In this document: positions 24,978-37,512 of the stretch, in pieces
Layout: every line of letters starts with the position of its first letter
How positions within the stretch are numbered: position 1 is the first letter of the stretch
Assembly: GCA_951406725.2 (NCBI GenBank)
Contig: OX597818.1
Coordinates: forward strand, 27,590,001-27,654,000
Length of the DNA: 64,000 nt
Source: Octopus vulgaris
Lineage: Eukaryota
Direction of reading: 5' to 3'
Position numbers and translations under genes: made by a program
Notes under the pieces: model-generated
The model's input: only the letters and a program-made list of their open reading frames with translations
What the model was told of the DNA's origin: nothing
Databases searched by the model: none

Positions 24978-25079
24978 CTACAGAATTCAACACTACGAAA
25001 TAATAAAACAACAAAAAGTGGACGACGAATAATTATTCCCTGTAGATACAGATAAAAAAAAAATTAAAAAAAGGGAAGA

Positions 25080-25328
25080 TGTTATGTAATCATCACAACA
25101 AACATGAACAATTAACGTTGCCCATTGTCTCCCTTGATACAAGGACAATCAGTAAGTTTCCCGCCACAACAAAGAAATACCTTGTACAACAACGCGCAGT
25201 CTAATAAAGTATCTCGTATCGTTAACACGTTTTTTCAGTCTCTCTCACTTTCTTAATCTTTCATACTAAGTACTCACTACTTCCTTTAATACTCAATACA
25301 TTATATATATATATATATAACAACAACA
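25080..25328 (+). repeat. 3' LTR of the nested element
   Basis: Direct repeat of 22073-22319. Confidence 0.95.
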
Positions 25329-26617
25329 GGCTGGAACAGTATGGATTAGTAATCAACCCTGTCAAGTGCGTTTTTGGTGTTACAAAAATCAACTTCTTGG
25401 GACATTGAATCACAGGTGACGGCACTACACCCCTGCCAGAAAAAGTGAAAGCTATCCTATCCTTTCCATGCCCCACCACAAGCAAGGCTCTACACCAATT
25501 TGTGGGCATGGTAAACTTTTACCATCGTTTCATGCCTTCTGCAGTAATAATGATGAGACCCCTATACAAGCACTGTCAAAAGAGGGTTCAAAAAGACAGG
25601 TGGAGTGGGATAGTACAATGACTTCAGCCTTCAAATCCATAAAAGAAGTCCTGGCTAAAGCAACCATTTTGTCCCATCCCCATATGTCATCTTGAACTGC
25701 ACTCGCAGTTGACGCATCTGACACAGCCTTTGGGAGTGTTTTGGAACAACACATCAACAGCCAGTAGCAACCATTTGCCTTCTCCAGTCGACAATTACAA
25801 CGCCCTGAACAGAAATACAGTACTTTTGACAGGGAGCTACTGGCTGCCCGTCTAGGTGTCTGCCACTTTCGCTATTTCCTTGAATGCTGCACGTTTACAG
25901 GGTTCACAGCCCATAAACCACTCACCTTTGTTATGAGCAAGCTCTTGGAGACTTGGTCTGCACGCCAACAATGACAGCTATTGGCCATTTTTTAGTACAC
26001 CACAGACATCCAACACATAGCTGGCATGGGCAACCCAGTTACCAATGCACTCTCTCATGTTCCAACTTGCTCTCACACCTTCCTAGCCCCAATAATGGAA
26101 GGCGTAGATTATGAAGCTATGGCTGCAACCCAACAGACAAATGATGAGATCAGGGCCTACCACACTGCCATCACATCACCTTTTTTGCAGGATGTACACT
26201 TTGGCTCTAACGGCACAACCCTAATGTGTGACATATCCACTGGGAAGCCATGACCGATTGTCCCATCAGCCTGGCGCAAGAAAGTTTTTGATGTAATTTA
26301 CAGACTTTCCCACCCAGGTACTAAAGCCACACAGTGGCTGCTGTCAAGCAAATTTATCTGGCATGGTATGGCCAAGCAAATCGGAAACTAGATCAGGACC
26401 TGCATCCCCTGTCAACAAGCCAAGGTCCGTCAACACACCAAAGCACCTCTCGACAACTATGAACCACCTCAGGCCTGATTCAGCCATGTCAACATCGATC
26501 TTGTTGGCCCCCTACCACCTTCACAGGGTTGCTTGTATCTACTGACCTTGGTAGACCACTACACCCATTGGCGTGAGGCTATCCTTCTCCACAGCACGGA
26601 AACAAGAATTCTGCCGA

Positions 26618-27969
26618 TGCAGACAATAACTATTTTTATACAACTTCTAATGCTAAATTAATATAAACGTTTCAAATTTACCGGCAAAATTAGTTTAAGA
26701 CCATGTAATATGTATGCAAAATTTTTTGCCAAAATGCGTGGTTATACAACTAGCCTAACTGCACTATATAGTGTTATAATTTAACGTTTTTATACAATTG
26801 ATTAATAATGGGAAAACAATGTAACCTCAGTCCAGTCACAATAGCAAAAATCGTATTACTTCACCAGCAAAAAGTTTCCTTTTCGATCATCAGCATGCAA
26901 CTAAAGTTCAGTAAAACAGCTTGCGTGCAAGTGTGGAAGTTATACTCGGAGACTGGTCAATATAAAGATCGGCAAAGGACTGACACCCCATGAAAAACGA
27001 CGGCGCAGTTGGCCTGTCGAATCCACTGACTTTCAGAAGGCAACCGAATGCTGACAGCCATTGACATTTGTAAACAATTGTCCAACGAGAATGGTGTTAT
27101 TTTTACACCACAAACCGTCCACAACCGTTTGAGAGAATTTGGACTACATGGACGAATTGCTAGGAAAAAGCCAATAATATCCGAAAGAAATCGACTCAAA
27201 CACCTTAATTTCACAAAAAGCCACGCTCAATGGACTGCTGAAGATTGGTGAAGGGTCCTTTGGAGTGATGAGTCATGCTTCTGTATATTTGGATCAGATG
27301 GTAAAACATACGTCAGACATCGCCCAACCGAGAAATTCCATCCGAAATGCATGAAAAAGACGGCGCAAGTGAGGGTGGGGGTGTGATGGTGTGAGCGGCA
27401 TTTAGTAGCTTTGGTGTTAGCCCTCTAGTTAAAGTTGATGGAAAGCTAAATAGTATAGGTTATATGAATCTACTAAAGGATAATGTTGTGCCATATTTGA
27501 CTCAACAAATGCCTCCGGGGGCTATTTATCAGCAGGATTAGTCCTGTGCACAAAGCCAAAAAGGTTATGGAATTTTTTGATCACCATAATATTGACGTAA
27601 TTGAATGACCTCCCCAGAGCCCACACCTGAATCCAATCGAGAACTTGTGGAATTATGTTTCCAAAAACGTCCATGCCAAAAAACCATCTAATCTAAAACA
27701 ATTATTCTATCGTATCAATGAAATACGGCAAAACATTCCCATAGAATTTTGTAATCACTTAGTGAATTCAATGCCGAGGCGTTGTTCAGCCATTATTAAG
27801 AATAAAGGCTACGGCACAAAGTACTAATGTGTATTTCGTTCTTGTTGCTCAGCTTTAAATAAAATTATAATGATACGGTCTTAAACTAATTTTGCCAGTA
27901 AATTTGAAATGTTTATATTAATTTAGCATTAGAATTCTTCAAGTTGTATAAAAATAGTTATTGTCTGCA
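26618..27969 (+). mobile_element. Tc1-family DNA transposon, defective transposase, ~90-bp TIRs
   Basis: Inverted repeats 26618-26702 and 27877-27969 (TGCAGACAATAACTATTTTTATACAACTT...). Transposase 26808-27827 has ARKKP, WSDES, QQD, PQSPHLNPIENLW and KGYGTKY, with stops and frameshifts. Confidence 0.9.
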
Positions 27970-28749
27970 CCATTCGAAAGAGAAATAAATTCTGCATAAG
28001 GTGTAAAATATAAAAATAATTTGTATGGTGTTAGTAACAAAATATTTTGTAAGAAATAGAACTTTTATCATCAGTCTTAAATTTATTTTTGCCTTAAATT
28101 TATTTTTGCCAGTGTAGAAAATTTTAGAAAAAGCAAAAACTGAAGCTACTTGTAGTTGACTTAACTCTAAGTAATCATATAATGCTTCCATCTAACATGC
28201 TGTTGCTACCATATCCATTGTATTTACTCTGAGAATAATATTCATGACACCCATACTTTGCAATATTTTTGCTGTTCAGATTCAGAACTTCCTAAGATTA
28301 GGAAAATGATCTGTGAATGAACAAATGAATTAATAAATGGTTTGGGATTGTTGATACTTTATTTTACTGATAGAGTTATTGTGAACAACCTTCATATCAA
28401 TTTATCCAGTTCTGATGATTTCAGTATTTGTGGTTGTTCTGATCTTTAAAACCACCTTGTTTCTATTAGTATATTCTGTAAATATCTTTAACTGCCCAAT
28501 TTCTGCATATTGACATATCTTTTGATAGGTTTTAAATGGGAAAATTTAATTTCTCCTATAACTATTGATAGAGTTACTGATAGAGAAATAGTTGTCAAAT
28601 TAATGTTTTACAGAGACATCTTTAATTGAAACATCTCTCCTTAGAACAGAAACTTGAGAAATTAGATGTCTGAATGCATAATCTGTAAAAACATTTACTC
28701 ATCGAATTAAAAAAGTGGAAGATAATTTTACTGTTAGAAATGGAACACT

Positions 28750-28975
28750 TTAACGTTTTAGCTTTTAGATTACACTGTCAAATATAATGCTGAATTATTC
28801 ACATTCTTTTGAATTAATCATGTATTATCTTGTAGTTTCAAGATTTCAATGATGTGACTTTATTTTTAGAGAGACATTGTTGGGTTGGTGTGAGAGGCTT
28901 GATGTGGTCAGTTTGAACATAAAACATATAAATCATTTGGGCCAGATATGACTAGTTTAAATGTTAAAGGGTTAA
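28750..28975. mobile_element. piggyBac-like MITE
   Basis: TTAA-C(G)TTTTAGC ... GTTAAAGGG-TTAA: degenerate terminal inverted repeats bounded by TTAA. Confidence 0.5.
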
Positions 28976-29177
28976 ATCTCTGAAGAATGTGGCAATAAAA
29001 TGTACTGTTGTGCTTAGGTTACATGGTTGGCAACATCATTATTCCATTTTCAGAGTAACTAGGAAGAGATATTTACAGCTGAAAAATATATCAGCTTCCA
29101 CTAGAATCTGCCTCAGTTTGAGTTTCATCACTTGTATAGGGATAAGAAAAAATATTTACAATACACAAGCATGGTAG

Positions 29178-30435
29178 ATAAAACCATGAAGGATATGAAG
29201 ACCAGGAAAGCCCCTGGCCCATCAGGAATCGCCACTGATATGCTTAAAATATCAGGTTGTGTGGATTATGGTTTAGTCACCTATATAAGTTAACTAGGTT
29301 GTACATGAGGGAGTCATACGCAGTGACCGGTGTAACTGCATCATAGTCAACTGCAACAAAGTAAAGGTGACACCTGAGACAGAAATAATTACAGAGGTAT
29401 CATATTGTTGGATTAATTGATGAAGGTTATGCAAAGGGCCTTAGCCCAACTAATTAGGGAGAGGGTTAGTCTAAATGAGATGCAGTTTGGTTTTGTGCCA
29501 GGCAGAAGCACCACTGATTCTGTAATTCTGGTAAGGCAACTGCAGGGGAAATACGTAGCTAAAGATAAACCTCTGTACTTGGCTTTTGTTGACATGGAGA
29601 AAGTCTTTGACAGGATCACCTGATTCCTTATCTGGTGATCAATACGAAAACTAGGGGTATAAGAGTGGTTGGTGAGAGCTGTACAAGCCCTGTACAGGGA
29701 TGCTGTCAGTAAGGTGAGGGTTGGTAATGAGTATAGTGCAGAATTCAGTGATGTGCATAGGCAAGGATAGAAAAGAATTGTGAAAAGAAATGCTGATTGC
29801 TAACTGTGAGTGTTGGTAATGAGTATAGTGAAGAATTCAGTGATGTGCATAAGCAAGGATAGAAAAGAATTGTGAAAAGAAATGCTGATTGCTAACTGTG
29901 GAGGGAACCTGTGGAAGAGGTAAATCCAGAAAGACATGGGTGGTGAAGCCTGATCTTTGAATGTTGGGCCTAATGGAGATGATAACAAGTGATTGAGACA
30001 ATTGGCAATATGCAGTGCTTGAAAAGACTCATCACACAAAGTGAAATTGCAGTGTCAATGACACCTGGGAAATTGTAATTGTAGCCCTTCGCTGGTATCA
30101 TGATCTTCGAATGTTGAGCCTCACGGAGACGATAACAAAGGACTGAGACCTTTGGTGATATGCTGTGCTTGGAAAGTCTCATCAAGCCTAGTGAAATCTA
30201 AGTCATAGCTATTACTGATGTCATGTAAATGGCACCTGTGCTGGTGGCATGTAAAAGCACTCATTACACTCTTGGAGTAGTTGGTATTAAGAAGAGCATC
30301 CAGCCATAGAAACCATGCCAAATTAGACTGGAACTTGATGTAAGCCCTCTAGCTTACTAATTCCAGTCAAACAGTCTAACGCATGCCAGCATAGAAAGTA
30401 GACATTAAATGATGATGATGATGATGATGATGATG
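29178..30435 (+). mobile_element. RTE LINE fragment with internal deletion and a ~92-bp tandem duplication
   Basis: MKTRKAPGPSGI...EMQFGFVPGRSTTD...LAFVDMEKVFDR; 29714-29805 is repeated at 29806-29897; 3' UTR and (GAT)n tail. Confidence 0.82.
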
Positions 30436-30554
30436 AAAAGATTGGTAAATGAGCAGAGAAAATATAGGATTAAGAGGAATATTTAATGTTGTCTAGCCTA
30501 GAATATAAAAACTTCTCTAGTGTTAGTGCCACATTAAAATGCGCCCACTGATCA

Positions 30555-30990
30555 GTGATTACAGATGAAGGAGTAGATGAATGGCTTGTGAAAGCCATAC
30601 AAGACATATACAGGAGTGCTATCAACATGATGAGAATTAGCAATGAGTGATGAAGTTAGTGTGTAGGTAGGATACCATCAATGCTTAATTCCTTTATACT
30701 TATCAAAGGTGTCCAGGAGTGCTTAAGACTGAGTGTCCGTGGGAATTCTTTTATGATGATATCCCTTTTTTGTAGTTTTCCTTATTGCTTTGCTTAAGCT
30801 AGTAGGAGGAGAAAAAGTTACTGGTGTGAAAGCAAATCTTGAAATCAAAGGGCCTCACCGTTAACTTGACAACATTAAAGTTTTAATAAATCAGAAAACA
30901 TACAAGACTCTTTCTCCATCTGGAAAGTTGCATTGTTTGATATGTAAAATAGAATTGGGTGGAAATTTGATGCAGTGTACTCAGTGAAAG
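30555..30990 (+). mobile_element. Highly decayed RTE RT fragment
   Basis: GVDEWLVKAIQDIYRSA..., CPWEFFYDDI, KGLTVNL motifs. Confidence 0.55.
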
Positions 30991-31465
30991 TGCATCCCAC
31001 TGTAGTAGCCCTTGAAAATATGATGTTTCATTAGCTATAAGGTCAAGTTCATGCTGCTCCAAGATTATGGATTTGTAGTGGTTTAGATCCCTAACTGTGT
31101 CTTGCTGTGATTTTCTTAATAAGAAAACGAATTCAATGACAATCTTAGAATATGGAGACTTACAGGGTATGAACAAGAATATATTTTACAAAATAAAAGC
31201 ATAAAAAAATGGGAGAAAGAAAAAACAAACCTCAATGCAGTAGCAAGTGCTTCAATTGGTTGCATACCACAAGGTTCAGTGGAACCTACTGAAGCAAACC
31301 AGCACTCTTGTGGCATTACCATGGGCACATTCATGTATTACTATAACCATATTATTTATAAATTTATTTTTGAAATGTGTATGGAACTGAAATTTTGTAT
31401 TAATTTTTATTATATTTTCTAAACTGAAACTGCTTTCTGATTTTGTCTTTGTTATTTCTTTTAAG

Positions 31466-31717
31466 ATCCTCCTCAAGTAAACTTACATATTTCAAATAAG
31501 ACAAATAATATAACAATTAATTGCTCTGCATTTGATGGAAACCCAGACAATCATACATACAAACTGGAGCAAAAATGGGGAAATGTCACTAAGAATACTT
31601 ATGATATGAGAGTATTACCTATAAACAATTCTACATTAAATGATACTGGTACATGGAAGTGTCATGTAAGCAATGAATATTTTAACGTGAGTAAATCATC
31701 AAACTACAAAATTCAAG
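31466..31717 (+). CDS. Ig-superfamily membrane protein, Ig exon 3 (phase 1-1, GC donor)
   Basis: Acceptor ttatttcttttaAG; 252 nt (Y)PPQVNLHIS...TINCSAFDGNP...LNDTGTWKCHVSN...YKIQ. It ends AAG|GCAAGT, which joins the next exon in frame (G+TG=Val). Confidence 0.88.
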
Positions 31718-33653
31718 GCAAGTATTTTACAAAGTCACAATTTAATTTTAAAAACATATTTACAATCAGTTATTTATTTGATTTTATCCTATTAGAAGAT
31801 TGTTGGACTGTGTTTTTTTATGCATATCAATAAAACTGACAATTTGTAACTATAAAGTTTTAGGAATGGTTTGATATGTAAATAGTTAAGAATTCAATTC
31901 ATCTGATTTTCTCCAAAAGAAGTGAAGCGGTTTTCAAAAAAATTTTATACATTCATATTATTCAGTGAAATAGTTTCCCTATTGAATTTTCTTATTATTT
32001 AGTTTGTTCCATTTCAACCGTCTATTGTATACCTGTATAATGAATATACAGCAAATTAACTTATCAGGCAAGATCATCAAATATTTCTTGTTACAGTAAT
32101 TTAGTTTATAAAGATATACAATTTTGGCAAATAAATTATTTGTTTTCTAAATGTTACAATAGATCTTTCCAAAAACATTCCTAAAACTTTTAATAGTTAG
32201 TAATTTTCATTTAAATTTTATATTATGTTATATTTGTTAGCTTTAGAGAGAAAAGAAATATCTATATCATGTTTAGGTCTGTATGAAAGACACTGTGTAA
32301 CATAAACGGGATGGTTTATAGAATGTCTGCTACTTCTGATGTCTTGAGACTTAAGGTAATATAAGAACCGATGAATCAAGATTATCAGTATAATCTTAGA
32401 AATACTGATTGTTTCTGAGCTGCATTGGAGAGATTGTCTTTAATGGAGATGATACGCATTTTGGATTAAGTGATATTTGAGAATGATAAATTTCAAAACT
32501 TGTAAGGAATTAGTCAATTTTCAGGAACAATTTCAGTGTGATATCTAGGACAATATCAGATAATGTAAATTGCTTCCTACATTATCATAAATCTCAAAAT
32601 CTCTCAAGTGAGATCTAATACAGTTCCTTTGAAAATATTTCTTTTTATGTTACACATTGGCCACTTGTTTTTGATCAAATATATGAAAATAATCAGTAAG
32701 TGTTATCTATTTTTAGATAACATTTGAAATTATTAACTTGACTTGCTAGTTTTAAGTGATCAAAGGCTTTTTTGTACTTAAAAGCCAAAATGGTCACATC
32801 TTAAATAATGAGTAGTGTTGAAAACAAGTAACTGACTGAGCATTTGTTATGTATAGGAATATAATATAGGTAGCTAATATCACAGAATTGACTGCCATAT
32901 GCATATGTCCATATGATTGGACTGGTTAAAAAGTGGTGAATAAGACTCTTTCACAAAGTTGCCAGATGTCTAATAAGCAAAAATTTGTGGATTTGGAATT
33001 AAGAGTGATAAAATCTAATATTACATAAAGGTGTATTTTACTCTATTATTAATCTTGATAATGAAGACTTGTATGTATGAATGAATTTCTTTCAGGTAAT
33101 GTATTATTATTTATAGAACAGATTCCTGTAAATTACTCACTGGTAGTTAATCCACATGATTTAGTGATATGTTAAAATTGAGAGGGTCTTACACAAGAAT
33201 TAAAAATGTATTTGGCATTTGGCAGGTTATTCAGATATTTTACATACTTACTACAACAGATTGTTAGTGTAAGATTTAGAGAAATGCTGGCAGTTAGGTG
33301 ACTTGATCAAGTGGAATGTGATGAGACAACAATGTTAGAAGACCTTCTGGAACTATACACTGCAAAATATGTTATAGTTGCTGTAGAGGTTGTCATTGGA
33401 TGGGATGATTAGCTGAGTTTGTTTGAAATCTAGGGATGTTTAGAATTTTCAATGCAGATGTTTAGAATTTTCAATGTAGTATTTAGCATTAAATACTAGC
33501 TGAATTAGTCTGAAAGTAAATTTTTGTTATCAAATTACATAGTTTGTTTTATTATTTCATCTTATTTTTTTTTTGAAAACTTAGAAATCTTCTATTTCAA
33601 ATTTATAATATATATTGTTATTTTTCTCATTTAATATATTTTTTTTCCACCAG

Positions 33654-33962
33654 TGAAACCTACTTTCAGTTCATTATCAAATGGTTCAAAAATTAGAAAT
33701 GTTTCAAAGAAAGAAACTGTAATTTTCAAACAGTGTTTTTATTCACATCCAAAATCTGATGTAAAATGGCAGAAAAATGAGGAATTAATTGACTCAAACA
33801 AATATTTAATAACTGATTATTTACAAGATGAGTTTCCTTTCAAAGGAAGCTGTACTAGTTTAAAGAGAGAAGACATCAAAGATGATGATATTGGTACTTA
33901 TACCTTAACAGTGGAAAACTCCATAGGAAAAAAAACTGCTGTTTTTACTTTGAGATATAAGG
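33654..33962 (+). CDS. Ig-superfamily membrane protein, Ig exon 4 (phase 1-1)
   Basis: Acceptor tttttttccaccAG, donor G|GTAAGT at 33963; 309 nt KPTFS...KQCFYSHPKSDVKWQKN...DDIGTYTLTVENSIGKKTAVFTLRYK. Confidence 0.9.
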
Positions 33963-34949
33963 GTAAGTTGTTACATGCTTGTCATTATTCTTTAATCATT
34001 TAAAATATTGTTTCATGTTATATAGAAGTATTTAGATTTGATTAATTCATTATAAAGTACTTAAGGTTCTGCTATTTGTTCATGTGTTCAAATTAGCTTT
34101 ATGTTATAAAAATGGAGGGTTGATTTAAGCTTTGTTTCTCATTTAAATAGTTTCACATTTGTAAGTAGACATAATTTTCTTTTCTCAACTATTCTAGAAA
34201 ATTGCTCCTAGCAAAACTTTTACTGGAGAACCATTCCATGAACTCTGGTAATGAAGTTTTCTGGTCAATTAACTATTTATTTTTAGCTTATTTAAATATT
34301 TTATACATAATTAGAGTGGAGTTGATTTCCAGCTGAAATATGGAAACAATGAACTGATGAACTGATTTTATACTTTTTGGGGCCCTTTACGGGTCCAAAT
34401 TGGTTCAGTCTATTAAGTTATTTTCTTATAAGATTCCCATTACTTCCTTAAAGAATATTTAATAAATATGACAGTTGTAGACATATATTTGGATTGCTGT
34501 AGTATAGTGAGTTAAATGAAACCAAGTGACTGCAAAGCAACACTAAGGAGGAAAAGTTACAAAAATTCCATTAGAACCAGTCTGAGACAGGATAACATTG
34601 ATCACAGTAAGTTAGAAACAATTGTATTAGAGTAGATTACTTGAAGATTATGGTTCATCTGTGGTTTCATTAGTTAAAGAACAAGGTTGTTGAGAGCAGA
34701 ATTGGGGGAACCATTCAGTATGAAGAATGAATTGAGGTGTAAAGAATCTGTGGGGGACACCTATACTGAGTAAAATAATGAATCTTTAAATTTACAAATT
34801 GATAAATGTACTACGTATATTAAATTAACTTTTTGGTCTTAAGCTTAAGCTAATTTTTTTCTATATAGGCGTTTATAAACTTTGCTACAGAGTAATTTCA
34901 AAATTGAATGATGGTAAAGAGTTCCCTAACCCAGTCTAGAACATCATAC

Positions 34950-35150
34950 TTTAGTGTCCATTTTTGATACTTGCATGGGTTGGACAGGTTAACAGATTCT
35001 GCCAACCTGCAGATCTGTGTCAGACCCCAGCATCAGCTTTGGCATAGTTTCTACAGCTGGATGTCCTTCCTAATACCCATCACTTTATAGTGTGCCCTGG
35101 ATGCTTTTTTCATGATACCACCATGAGTGAGGTTACCAAGTAACATTCAA
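34950..35150 (-). mobile_element. RTE 3' UTR-type repeat fragment
   Basis: TTTCTACAGCTGGATGTCCTTCCTAAT is the reverse complement of the family core. Confidence 0.55.
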
Positions 35151-35559
35151 GACAAAGTAAAGAAAGAAAAAAGAAAAAGCTCCCTCAGCTGACTAGGGGT
35201 CTATTTCAGAGAAGGGGAAGTAGCTTTATGTGAGGTGTTGAAAGGTAAATTATGATACAGGGACAGATACAGGTGTCGTACTACAAAGAAGAATACAGAC
35301 CATAGATCAGGAGGGGAGGAATAGGTGAATAATTTTGTAAGCCTGTGTGAAGAGAATGATAGATGATTTGAGATTGGACTAGAGGTAGAGTGATGAAAAT
35401 TAAAAAGGTGTGATTGATGGTACATATCAGTATGGAGGAGGTGGTGAGAGAGATAAAAGTAGCTCAGGAAGATGGAGATGACCAGCAGCAACACAGGAAG
35501 TGTGGAGAACAGCAATATCATATATTTTTGGTTAGATCAGAAAGCAGGGAGATGTGATG

Positions 35560-36340
35560 CAGTTGCTCACTGTCTTGAACAATCTGCAGCTGTCATATTG
35601 GCTTTTAGGTTTTTACTTTCCAGATCTGTCTTTCAGATGTGAAACATTTATCACAATTCTTTAACAGATTCTACTATAAGAACTCAGCCAATTTTTTTAA
35701 GGAAAATAGTTCTGATATCGTGTTAAAATTCAATAACTATAGAAGGTGCAGGTAATAGGACCCTAGCAAACAACTGCATGTATACAAAATTCCAACATGA
35801 AATCCTACATTCCTCAGAAATAAAAAAGTCGCCACATCGGTTCGGGGGTTTGAAATCAAAAAACCTATCATTCTTACTGTGTCATCTCTGTTTATAATGC
35901 TGAACCATTCAACATTGCATTATATAATTGCAGTTAAGTCTGTGCAATCACAGAGAAGAGCAATTTGAAAAGTAGGGCCTTTGGTGCACTGAACAGTATC
36001 CACACAGTAGAAACATAAGTAGTGATGAATTCAATATCCTTAGGTTTTTGGTCGGCTCGCTAGAAGCAGTAGCCAAGTAGTTAAAATGATTAGTGCAAGT
36101 AGAATTAGATCTTGAATTATAACTTTGGAATACAAGAAGTTCTTCTCTTATTAAAAACAAAAGAATTTGTAGCTTCATATGAAAGGTAGAATACACAGTG
36201 CATTTGCGAGGAGTTGAAATGATGCATGGAAGAATTAAATGAACATGAGTTAGAAATGGAATTAATATCATTTGATGGATATGCAATACTAACATGTATC
36301 ATGACTGAGTGGATGCTGAGAAATTGATTTTTTTAGTATA
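35560..36340 (-). pseudogene. Possible PIF/Harbinger transposase remnant
   Basis: Weak, frameshifted motifs only (PYF...DCT; DRFF; RV.IVE.V...L). Confidence 0.3.
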
Positions 36341-36752
36341 TGTATAATGAAAAGGCATTCTTGTTGGATTAGATGTGTAATAGAGGGAAATGGAAATGGA
36401 ATGAAATGACGGTATAATAAAGACACCCCAAGGAAAAATATAAGCTTTTAGGTATGATCTGAAAACACTGAGCCCTATAATGTATTACTCTAATGTAATA
36501 TAGAACATATTATAGGGTTTTTTAGCTAACACTTTGTGTTACAATGACTGTAAACAAATTGTCTGTACAATAGCTGTGCTGATATAAAAAGGGTGTACAA
36601 CTCTGTGTGCATTTTTGTTTTTTGAAGTCTTCAGCAGCAACTGTGTACTCCAGTATCTACTGAAAATAGGACAGATAATTAGTGAAAAATTCTTTATAGC
36701 CCTTTATCTTTTTAATATATTAATGCAGGGTCTTTTTAATATATCGTTTCAG

Positions 36753-36851
36753 AAAATGTCTCTTTGGATGCAGTTATTGGTTGTACTGTAGGAAGTGTAT
36801 TATTATTAATAACTTTGGGGTTTCTTGCTTATAAATTCCACATTATAAGAG
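36753..36851 (+). CDS. Ig-superfamily membrane protein, transmembrane exon (phase 1-1)
   Basis: Acceptor atcgtttcAG; 99 nt (E)NVSLDAVIGCTVGSVLLLITLGFLAYKFHIIR, a ~21-aa hydrophobic helix followed by basic residues; donor AG|GTTGGT. Too short for the ORF track. Confidence 0.85.
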
Positions 36852-36959
36852 GTTGGTATATTTTACACATTAAGATTTGTTAATTACATTGAGATATATA
36901 TTCTTAAAACTCTCCTGCTTGACCAGGTACTGTAAAATAGATACTGAAATTTGTGCTTA

Positions 36960-37026
<67 letters not shown>

Positions 37027-37318
37027 ATGCATGTGAATATGTAAACCTACACACTCAGTGTTGACTGTTGGAGGTACTGTAGTAGAAATTGAATATACTT
37101 TTATTTTAGTCAAATCAGTCATGTGCTATTCTGGAGTTTTACCCCTGTGTTCACCGGGTCATCAGGTATGATGAATGTGTATATACATTGATGAAACTGT
37201 AGAATAGCTGGAGATGGACTCAACCAACATACATGATATATATATATATATATATATACATATATATGTATGTATGTATGTATGTATATATACACATATT
37301 ATATATATATATATATAT

Positions 37319-37364
<46 letters not shown>

Positions 37365-37512
37365 ATGATGTTTTTTAGTATAATAAAAGCAATTTTGCAT
37401 TCAATTGAAGGATTACACAATACATTTGATAAAGTATAAATTTATTATACTTTAATAAGACTTTGAAGTCACAGTCAGTACTATTCTTGTTAAAGAATAA
37501 TGTATAAATATA

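Larger units (their letters stand above)
22073..25328 (+). mobile_element. Young Ty3/Gypsy LTR element lacking RT/RNase H, with 5-bp TSD GGCTG
   Basis: TG...CA LTRs at 22073-22319 and 25080-25328; PBS TGGTGTCAGAA at 22320 (tRNA-Leu type); PPT AAAAAAAGGGAAGA before the 3' LTR; GGCTG at 22068-22072 and 25329-25333. Confidence 0.96.
20781..26610 (+). mobile_element. Decayed CsRn1-like Ty3/Gypsy LTR retrotransposon (host of the nested element; 3' end lost)
   Basis: Putative 5' LTR ~20781-21020 and PBS TGGTGACCC at 21022 (tRNA-Trp type). gag LRLPQFWP...WFTLVEAQF; RT RPCGNY..LN...FSKVDLIRGYH...PFGLKNA...AYLDDI; RNase H VDASDTA...YSTFDRELLA; integrase IDLVGPLP. Many stops; the protease region is absent. 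Confidence 0.85.

Noticed and set aside
34198-34247. Possible small stalk exon (ctAG...TG|GTAATG)
   Set aside because: In the required phase 1 it reads ENCS-stop. It could only be a secreted-isoform end, with no support.
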